32,000 nt of DNA from Synechococcus elongatus PCC 6301 (GTDB lineage Bacteria; Cyanobacteriota; Cyanobacteriia; Synechococcales; Synechococcaceae): positions 2,340,001-2,372,000 of the forward strand of contig NC_006576.1 of assembly GCF_000010065.1 (NCBI RefSeq), in the 5' to 3' direction. The position numbers were made by a program, and so were the translations under genes. Within the stretch, counting starts at the first letter, position 1; the number at the start of each line of letters is the position of its first letter. Shown here one piece after another: positions 10,530 to 17,577 of the stretch. The notes beneath the pieces are model-generated. The model was given only the letters and a program-made list of their open reading frames with translations, made no database searches and was not told the origin of the DNA.

Positions 10530-11295
10530 GTCTTGGCTATTGGAAGCTGAAGGACTGAGTAAGCGCTTTGGCGGCTTGCAGGCGGTTCAGGATGTGCGGC
10601 TGCAGGTGGCTGAGGGGACAATCACCGGTTTGATTGGTCCGAACGGAGCGGGCAAGTCCACCCTATTTGCCCTGCTCTCGAACTTCCTCAAGGCAGATGC
10701 CGGAAAGGTGCGGTTTCGGGGCCGTGCGATCGAGAAGCTGCAGCCCTACCAATTGGCGCAGTTAGGTCTGGTGCGGACGTTTCAGGTGGCGCGATCGCTC
10801 TCCCGCCTGACGGTGCTAGAGAACATGTTGCTGGGCGGGCAACAACAGCGCGGGGAAAAGTTTTGGCAGGTTTGGCTCCACCCCCAAGCGATTCGTCGTC
10901 AAGAGCAAGAGCTGCGCGATCGCGCGTTCTCCCTCCTCAGTGATGTGGGGTTGGCTGCTAAAGCGCAGGACTACGCCGGCAGTCTTTCGGGTGGGCAACG
11001 CAAACTACTAGAAATGGCGCGAGCGCTAATGGCGCAGCCGCAGCTCGTGCTGTTGGATGAACCGGCCGCCGGGGTCAACCCAGCACTGATCGAAAAAATC
11101 TGTGATCACATCCAAACCTGGAATCAGCAGGGTATTAGTTTCTTGATCATCGAACACAATATGGACGTGATCATGTCGCTCTGCGATCGCGTTTGGGTGT
11201 TGGCCGAGGGCAAAAACCTTGTGGATGGTCCGCCTGCCCAGATTCAACAGGATGAACAGGTTTTGGCAGCCTATTTGGGACTGGAACTTGCCTGA
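10519..11295 (+). CDS. Branched-chain/neutral amino-acid-type ABC transporter ATPase (LivG family)
   Basis: 258 aa. Walker A 'GPNGAGKST', signature 'LSGGQRKLLEMARALM', Walker B 'LVLLDEPAAGVNP'; overlaps the permease by 11 nt. Confidence 0.95.
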   Translation: MAAESWLLEAEGLSKRFGGLQAVQDVRLQVAEGTITGLIGPNGAGKSTLFALLSNFLKADAGKVRFRGRAIEKLQPYQLAQLGLVRTFQVARSLSRLTVLENMLLGGQQQRGEKFWQVWLHPQAIRRQEQELRDRAFSLLSDVGLAAKAQDYAGSLSGGQRKLLEMARALMAQPQLVLLDEPAAGVNPALIEKICDHIQTWNQQGISFLIIEHNMDVIMSLCDRVWVLAEGKNLVDGPPAQIQQDEQVLAAYLGLELA

Positions 11296-12080
11296 ACGGA
11301 GTCTTGGCAGTGGGAACAGGTTGTTGCGACCACAGGCTGACCACAGGCTGGGCAGAGTTGATGCTGGGGTGTTTGGAGCTGGCGATCGACGGCAATTCGC
11401 TCATCAAAAACGAAGCAGTCCCCTTGCCAGTGATTCTCTTCTGGCGCGATCGCTTCCAGATAGTTAAGAATTCCGCCTTCTAGCTGATAAACCGTTTCGA
11501 TACCCTGTTCTAGGAGATAGGCAGAGGCCTTCTCACAACGGATACCGCCAGTGCAAAACATGGCAACCTTCGCTGGCGGCTGCGGTAAGAGTTGCTCTTG
11601 CACAAAGCGTGGAAAGTCACGGAAGCGATCGGTCTGAGGATCGATTGCCCGAGGGAAACTACCGAGAGCAATCTCAAAGCGGTTGCGCACATCAATCAGC
11701 ACAACCTCAGGGTCTTGTAGCAATTGGTTCCAGTCCTGGGGGGCGACGAGGGTGCCTGTCCGTTCTGCTGGGTTCAATTCGGGACAACCCAAACTGACAA
11801 TCTCAGGTTTCACCTTCACCTTGAGTCGGGCAAAAGGCCAATCGGTGACCGTGGCAGATTTGAAGCTGAGGTTGGCGAAGGGAGGATGCTGCTGGAGTTC
11901 CGACAGGAATTGAGCGATCGCTTCAGTGTTGCCCGCTAAGCCGGCGTTAATGCCTTCAGGGGCCAGCAAAATCGTGCCTCGTAAGCCCAGCGCCGTGCAG
12001 AGATCCTGCAGCCACTGTCGCCAGCGATCGCAGTCTCCAAGCGCAACGAAACGATAGAAGTTGATGAGAACGAGGCTCAT
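11271..12080 (-). CDS. trhO: tRNA uridine(34) hydroxylase, rhodanese domain
   Basis: 269 aa. 'RGTILLAPEGINAGLAG', 'VEIVSLGCP', 'DVRNRFEIALGSFPRAI', rhodanese active site 'FCTGGIRCEKASAYL', C-terminal 'CPACGQPV...CSHC'. Confidence 0.93.
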   Translation of the reverse strand: MSLVLINFYRFVALGDCDRWRQWLQDLCTALGLRGTILLAPEGINAGLAGNTEAIAQFLSELQQHPPFANLSFKSATVTDWPFARLKVKVKPEIVSLGCPELNPAERTGTLVAPQDWNQLLQDPEVVLIDVRNRFEIALGSFPRAIDPQTDRFRDFPRFVQEQLLPQPPAKVAMFCTGGIRCEKASAYLLEQGIETVYQLEGGILNYLEAIAPEENHWQGDCFVFDERIAVDRQLQTPQHQLCPACGQPVVATTCSHCQDSVQASSSPK

Positions 12081-12637
12081 GCCGGAGCAATGACGGGAGC
12101 ACTGACAAACGGTTCAGGGCGCTCAGTCTTTTCGATAAAACTGCGAATATCGTTCAGATCGATGTAGCGATCAGTGGCATTCCGTAACTCACGCGCGATC
12201 ATGCCATCGGTCGATACGACAGTGATGTGAGTCTGCTTGGCGCGCAGCAGTTCAATGGCACGCTCGAAATCACCATCGCCACTGAAGAGCACAATTTCAT
12301 CATATTGCTCAACCGTATTGAACATATCAATAACGATTTCAATATCTAAGTTAGCTCTCTGAAAATAACGATTGCCGTTGGACTCATCATGAAACTCCTT
12401 CAGCATTTTCGTCCGCACGGTATAGCCTAAGCTAACTAGTGCGTCCCGAAACCCCCGTTGATCTTGGGGATCTTTGAGACCGGTATACCAATAAGCGTTA
12501 ACCAGCTCAATTTCTGGTCGATTCGCAAAATAGTTCAGCACTCGACGAGGATCAAAGAACCAACCGTTCTTTTGCTGTGCATAGAACATATTATTACCAT
12601 CAATGAAGATGGCCAAGCGACTAGGGCGAAATGCCAT
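12077..12637 (-). CDS. labA: NYN-domain protein LabA (circadian output regulator family)
   Basis: 186 aa. 'LAIFIDGNNMFYAQQKNGWFFDPRRVLNYF', 'KGLDVEL'-position equivalent 'NLDIEIVIDMF', 'LFSGDGDFERAIELLRAKQTHITVVST'. Symbol rests on recalled similarity and gene context; a LabA-like paralogue cannot be fully excluded without a search. Confidence 0.85.
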   Translation of the reverse strand: MAFRPSRLAIFIDGNNMFYAQQKNGWFFDPRRVLNYFANRPEIELVNAYWYTGLKDPQDQRGFRDALVSLGYTVRTKMLKEFHDESNGNRYFQRANLDIEIVIDMFNTVEQYDEIVLFSGDGDFERAIELLRAKQTHITVVSTDGMIARELRNATDRYIDLNDIRSFIEKTERPEPFVSAPVIAPA

Positions 12638-12794
12638 AAAGTCTTGCCTTTAACAATCAGCGAAAGGTTACTAGCCTTACAACCATCCTATAAATTTGCT
12701 GACCACGCAATTACCAACTGGGTTGTCAGGTCTTGGTGAGTCGAGGGCTGAGGGGCTGTCAGGATGGTAACAGGAATCGTCTTTTGGGTAGAGC

Positions 12795-13295
12795 CTAGTT
12801 GCTGGGACTGAGGGTTGGAAGGGGGGTGGTCTCAGTCAAGCCTGGCGTTGGTGACTGACGACTGGTGTACCAAAAACCGACGATAACTCCCGCGATCGCG
12901 GCGAGAACTATCATCCCGATGAGGCGGTGGCGGTAAGGCTGCGGGACGGTCTTGATTGGTCGCTGTTCAGCTCTGACTGAGGCGGTTGGTGGTTGGTAGC
13001 CTGCGGTGAGGGTCTCTGCGAGCCGTAGGTTAGTTTGCCAGACTAGCTTGCCCTGGGCGGTACAACCCTGGATTTGCACCATCGATACAGGAATCTGCAG
13101 TTGGTGCAGGACCTCTGTCAGATACGGGCGCAGGAGGATCTGCTGCTCGGCCGTGACTCCCTTCAGCCTAAGCTGTAGTCCCGTCGAGGTTTTCTGCCCG
13201 CTGACGGTCACGCCTTGGGGCCGCAACTGGGTATCGAGGAGTGCGGCAATGCTGTTAGCGTCCCCTTGCTGGGCTCTTTCGAGCGACTCCGTCAT
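12795..13295 (-). CDS. Hypothetical protein with one C-proximal transmembrane helix
   Basis: Start taken as ATG 13295 rather than the track start 13406. TM segment 'LIGMIVLAAIAGVIVGFWY'; basic 'QPYRHR' just before it. Confidence 0.65.
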   Translation of the reverse strand: MTESLERAQQGDANSIAALLDTQLRPQGVTVSGQKTSTGLQLRLKGVTAEQQILLRPYLTEVLHQLQIPVSMVQIQGCTAQGKLVWQTNLRLAETLTAGYQPPTASVRAEQRPIKTVPQPYRHRLIGMIVLAAIAGVIVGFWYTSRQSPTPGLTETTPLPTLSPSN

Positions 13296-13466
13296 CCGCA
13301 TCTGATCACCCTCAGTAAAAGCACTTGGCAGTAACGTACACAGATCGCTGAGCAGTATTGCAAGGCAATAGGCGATCAGGAACTTTATCGATAGAATCTG
13401 GGGCAAAGCGGTGATCCCCGTTGATCCCCAGCGAGCGATCGCCAGTCGCTAAGGAATGATTTCCCT

Positions 13467-15062
13467 ATGAGCCTTGGATATCTTGCCCTAGTTCTGCACG
13501 CCCACCTACCCTTTGTGCGGCATCCCGAAAGTGACTATGTCTTAGAAGAAGAATGGCTCTATGAGGCCATCACTGAAACCTATGTGCCGCTGCTCTTGAT
13601 GTTTGAGGGGCTGCAGCGGGATGGGGTGGATTTCAAGCTGACGATGAGTATGACGCCGCCCCTGGTGTCGATGCTTCGCGATCCCCTGCTGCAAGAGCGC
13701 TACAGCAAGCACCTCGATCAATTGATCGAGCTGGCAGAAAAAGAGGTTGACCACCATAGCCAGAATGGCCACCTGCGTTATTTGGCGGAGTACTACGTCG
13801 AAGAGTTCACACGGGTTCGTGAGACCTGGGAACGCTGCGATCGCGACCTCGTGTTGGCTTTAAAGCCCTTCCTGGAAAGCAACAACCTCGAAATCATTAC
13901 CTGCGGAGCGACCCACGGCTATCTGCCGCTGATGCAGATGTATCCGCAGGCGGTCTGGGCTCAAATTCAGGTCGCCTGCCAGCACTACGAAGAAAACTTT
14001 GGGCGACCGGCGAAAGGGATCTGGCTGCCAGAGTGCGCTTACTACGAAGGAGTAGAGCGGATGCTAGCGGATGCTGGTCTCCGCTATTTCATCATGGATG
14101 GCCATGGCTTGCTCTATGCCCGCCCACGGCCACGGTTTGGCACCTATGCCCCGATTTTCACTGAGACTGGCGTGGCGGCCTTTGGACGCGACCATGAGTC
14201 TTCCCAGCAAGTTTGGTCCTCGGAAGTGGGCTATCCGGGCGCAGCTGAATATCGCGAGTTTTATAAAGACTTAGGTTGGGAAGCCGAGTACGAATACATT
14301 AAGCCCTACATCATGCCGAATGGGCAGCGTAAAAATACCGGCATTAAATATCACAAAATCACAGGTCGTGGCCTCAGCTTGCATGAGAAAGCACTCTACG
14401 ATCCCTATTGGGCACGAGAGAAAGCCGCTGAACATGCTGCCAACTTTATGTTTAATCGGCAACGGCAAATCTCTCACCTGAGCAGCATGATGGGCCGTCC
14501 GCCGATTGTGCTCTCGCCCTACGACGCTGAACTCTATGGCCACTGGTGGTACGAAGGCCCTTGGTTCTTAGATTACCTATTCCGCAAGACTTGGTTTGAC
14601 CAAAACCAGTTCTCAATGACCCATTTGGCCGACTATTTACGACAGCATCCTCAACAACAAGTTGCTCGCCCGAGTCAATCGAGCTGGGGCTTTAAGGGTT
14701 TCCATGAGTATTGGCTCAACGATACGAATGCTTGGATCTATCCCTATTTGCATAAGGCGGCAGAGCGGATGATTGAGCTAAGCCGTCGCGAGCCTGTTGA
14801 TGAGTTGGAATGGCGAGCTTTAAATCAGGCAGCACGGGAATTGCTGTTAGCACAATCCTCGGACTGGGCGTTCATCATGCGAACAGGAACAATGGTGCCC
14901 TATGCTGTGCGACGCACTCGAGTTCATCTGCAGCGATTCACTAAGCTCTACGATGATATTCTGGCTGGAAAAATTGACTCAGGCTGGCTTGAAAAGGTAG
15001 CAGCGATCGATAATATCTTCCCATCCATAAACTACCGAGTATATCGGCCTCTCGATGGCTAA
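13467..15062 (+). CDS. Glycoside hydrolase family 57 / DUF1957 protein (1,4-alpha-glucan branching enzyme type)
   Basis: 531 aa. 'LVLHAHLPFVRHPE', 'GIWLPECAYYEGVERML', 'SPYDAELYGHWWYEGP'. Confidence 0.93.
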   Translation: MSLGYLALVLHAHLPFVRHPESDYVLEEEWLYEAITETYVPLLLMFEGLQRDGVDFKLTMSMTPPLVSMLRDPLLQERYSKHLDQLIELAEKEVDHHSQNGHLRYLAEYYVEEFTRVRETWERCDRDLVLALKPFLESNNLEIITCGATHGYLPLMQMYPQAVWAQIQVACQHYEENFGRPAKGIWLPECAYYEGVERMLADAGLRYFIMDGHGLLYARPRPRFGTYAPIFTETGVAAFGRDHESSQQVWSSEVGYPGAAEYREFYKDLGWEAEYEYIKPYIMPNGQRKNTGIKYHKITGRGLSLHEKALYDPYWAREKAAEHAANFMFNRQRQISHLSSMMGRPPIVLSPYDAELYGHWWYEGPWFLDYLFRKTWFDQNQFSMTHLADYLRQHPQQQVARPSQSSWGFKGFHEYWLNDTNAWIYPYLHKAAERMIELSRREPVDELEWRALNQAARELLLAQSSDWAFIMRTGTMVPYAVRRTRVHLQRFTKLYDDILAGKIDSGWLEKVAAIDNIFPSINYRVYRPLDG

Positions 15063-15129
15063 GTAATGCTGGATTCGCTGGGCTGACTAGGTAAGAATAA
15101 GTCAGCTCAGTGAGCCGACAGGCAATACA

Positions 15130-15155
15130 ATAACGCTTGCTTAAGCAAGCGTTAT
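15130..15155. repeat. Perfect 26-bp palindrome ATAACGCTTGCTTAAGCAAGCGTTAT
   Basis: Direct reading: bases 15130-15142 are the exact reverse complement of 15143-15155. Lies between two convergent genes. Confidence 0.97.
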
Positions 15156-15157
15156 AT

Positions 15158-16198
15158 TCAGGTTCTTGGAGAAATGCCAACTACTAGATTGCCGCGTAAC
15201 GATCGCGATCGCTGATGGTCATGGTCCCAGCAGCTGGAATAGTAGCCCCAGTTGAGGGTGCCCCCTGCCGCCAGAATCAGCTGATCAAGCTCATAGGCGC
15301 TGTATTCACGATAGTGATAATGACCGTCCCAGTTCCCCGCAAAGCCTGGATGGTAAGGCTGGGGGTTTCTCCCTTGAGTGATCGGTAGAAGATTTTCAGA
15401 CCGGAAATAGTTGGGAGTGCTGAGAATCAGTTGCCCCGATGGCTTTAAACGGGTTAATAAAAACTGTAGGACGACTTGGGGATCAGCACAAAGATGCTCG
15501 AGGACTTCTGTAAAAATGATGCAGTCATAAAGACCTTGTTCTGGTAATTTATCGGCTTGATCAATGTGCTCTAGATCGATCGCAAAATACTGATCAATTT
15601 GAAATTTCTGGCGACATTTAGCCTCAGTAAAGCCAATATAGTCATCTGCGACAGGGCGATCGCTCAAGTCAAGAGTTAACTTTTCAAATAAGCGGGGATA
15701 AAGTGCAGAAGCTTCTGAGTTGCCGAATTCTAGAAGCCTAGCAGGGCGATCGCCAATCACAAATTCAACCGCATTGAAGAGTTCCCAAAAGCGACCTTGA
15801 TGAACTTTGAGATAGTCCTCTTGGCCGATAATCAACTCGCCCTTCAATAGTGATTGCCAGAATTGTTGGAAGTGAGTCAAATCTAATCGAGGGTCTTGCA
15901 CAAATGGTGGCTCAGGCCACGCAGTATAGGCACGATCGGCAAGGATTCGCCAAATCTCTTGATCATCAATGATTGTGGAAGGAGGCTCTGGTTTAAAGGG
16001 CTGAAGGACTTGAGAAACAGTTGCTCCCTGGGTAAATGCCCTTTGAAAGCTTGCTAGCAGCTGGGCACTAGGGCTTTGGTCTGTGATGATTTGATAAGCA
16101 GCGATCGCAATCTGCAAAGAGTTAGCTCTGCGATCAGGAGTTCGGAATAAGCGATCGCGAATTTTCTTGATCTTTTTCTTGAGTCGGCTCAGGGGCAT
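15158..16198 (-). CDS. Class I SAM-dependent methyltransferase with an extra N-terminal region
   Basis: Start taken as ATG 16198 (track uses TTG 16210). 'LEFGNSEASALYPRLF', 'YDCIIFTEVLEHLCADPQVVLQFLLTRLKPSGQLILSTPNYF'. Confidence 0.82.
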   Translation of the reverse strand: MPLSRLKKKIKKIRDRLFRTPDRRANSLQIAIAAYQIITDQSPSAQLLASFQRAFTQGATVSQVLQPFKPEPPSTIIDDQEIWRILADRAYTAWPEPPFVQDPRLDLTHFQQFWQSLLKGELIIGQEDYLKVHQGRFWELFNAVEFVIGDRPARLLEFGNSEASALYPRLFEKLTLDLSDRPVADDYIGFTEAKCRQKFQIDQYFAIDLEHIDQADKLPEQGLYDCIIFTEVLEHLCADPQVVLQFLLTRLKPSGQLILSTPNYFRSENLLPITQGRNPQPYHPGFAGNWDGHYHYREYSAYELDQLILAAGGTLNWGYYSSCWDHDHQRSRSLRGNLVVGISPRT

Positions 16199-16232
16199 TT
16201 GTCGATTCAATCTCGTTAGCTGCCGAACAGCT

Positions 16233-17525
16233 TCAGGATATCAGTGACTGTAGAACCTGCTGGATCTGTTGCTGAACTTGTCCATCAGCAAAAGCCTGGA
16301 TTTGCTGTGTGGCTCGCGAGCGTAACTCTGACAGCTGAGCAGGATAGCAACCCAATTGAATTAGTTGATCAGCAACTTCGAGGGGATGCTGAGGATTCGC
16401 ATAGGTGGCCGCAGCCCCCATCACTTCACGCAAAACGGGAATATTGGCTAAGAGGCTTGAGCGTCCACAGAGGGCAGCTTCAATCATGGGAATTCCGAAG
16501 CCTTCCTGCCATGAAAGGAACGTTAAGGCACGACAATGGCGCAACAGACAAATTTTCTCTGCTTCAGTGAGATAGCCAGTCCAAAGAATCTGATCAGTCG
16601 AACGAGATCGTTGCTGCAACTGCTGGGCATAGTCTTGCGTATGAACATCTGCTGTCCCGCCAATCACCAGAGGTAACTGAGTTCTAAGGACAGCTACCTG
16701 TTGAGCAGCGATCAGCGTTTCTAAGTTTTTGCGAGGTTCGATCGCTCCAACAAAGAAAAAATAGCGATCGCGTTCTAATCCATAGCGTCGGAGAACTGCG
16801 GCTGCGAAGTCAGGGCGATCGGTAAGGGCGAGGGCTTCTGCTGAAAAACTGACAGGCTGATAAAGGGTTAGTGTTCGGGATTCCGCCTGTGGGAACAACT
16901 CGAGGAATTGCTGGCGAGTCGTTTCAGACAGACAAATGATGCGATCGCTATAATCTGCGGTTGCTTGTAATCGTCTGAGAAAGGTCACTGCTTCATCGGG
17001 ATGTCGTAAATAGTTTAAGGGAATTAAATCGTGAATGACTTGAATCAGTCGGCTACTTGAGGACACTCTAAGATTTAACGGTGAGCTGGTTAGGACGACA
17101 GGATAGTTCTTAGTCTTAAGAAAGAAAGGGCGATCGCTGATTTTTGCCTGTAGTCGTAACTTGCGATAGAAAAATGGATGATTGATGAGTTGATCAATCT
17201 GCTGAAGATATTGGATGCGATCGCCAATGATTAAGTTTGAATCTACTTTGATTGGTGTTTGCCGCGATCGCCCTAGTCGCTCAGCAAAGTAAGACTGCGC
17301 GAGCTGAATCCGTGACCAGTTAGACGGTTGATCAAGATGGCGATGGAGACTTAGGCTAGCCAAACGGCCCTGCGCTAAACCTCCTGCACCTGTCAATAGA
17401 TGGAGGGGGTAACCACTCTGGTGCAGTAGGCGAATCATCGCCTTCGCATAGGTTGCAATCCCTCGATGGATTGGCCCCTCTAGATCGAGTCCATAGGCTA
17501 GAAGTAGAGGAGGGAAATTAGTCAT
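16233..17525 (-). CDS. Glycosyltransferase, GT4-like
   Basis: Start taken as ATG 17525 (track uses TTG 17528). 'IQVIHDLIPL', 'YFFFVGAIEPRKNLETLIAA', 'LSWQEGFGIPMIEAALCGRSSLLANIPVLREV'. Confidence 0.9.
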   Translation of the reverse strand: MTNFPPLLLAYGLDLEGPIHRGIATYAKAMIRLLHQSGYPLHLLTGAGGLAQGRLASLSLHRHLDQPSNWSRIQLAQSYFAERLGRSRQTPIKVDSNLIIGDRIQYLQQIDQLINHPFFYRKLRLQAKISDRPFFLKTKNYPVVLTSSPLNLRVSSSSRLIQVIHDLIPLNYLRHPDEAVTFLRRLQATADYSDRIICLSETTRQQFLELFPQAESRTLTLYQPVSFSAEALALTDRPDFAAAVLRRYGLERDRYFFFVGAIEPRKNLETLIAAQQVAVLRTQLPLVIGGTADVHTQDYAQQLQQRSRSTDQILWTGYLTEAEKICLLRHCRALTFLSWQEGFGIPMIEAALCGRSSLLANIPVLREVMGAAATYANPQHPLEVADQLIQLGCYPAQLSELRSRATQQIQAFADGQVQQQIQQVLQSLIS

Positions 17526-17577
17526 CAAAATACTTGTGCTTGGTACTAAAATTGGTTGCTAGACTATCACTAAATAT

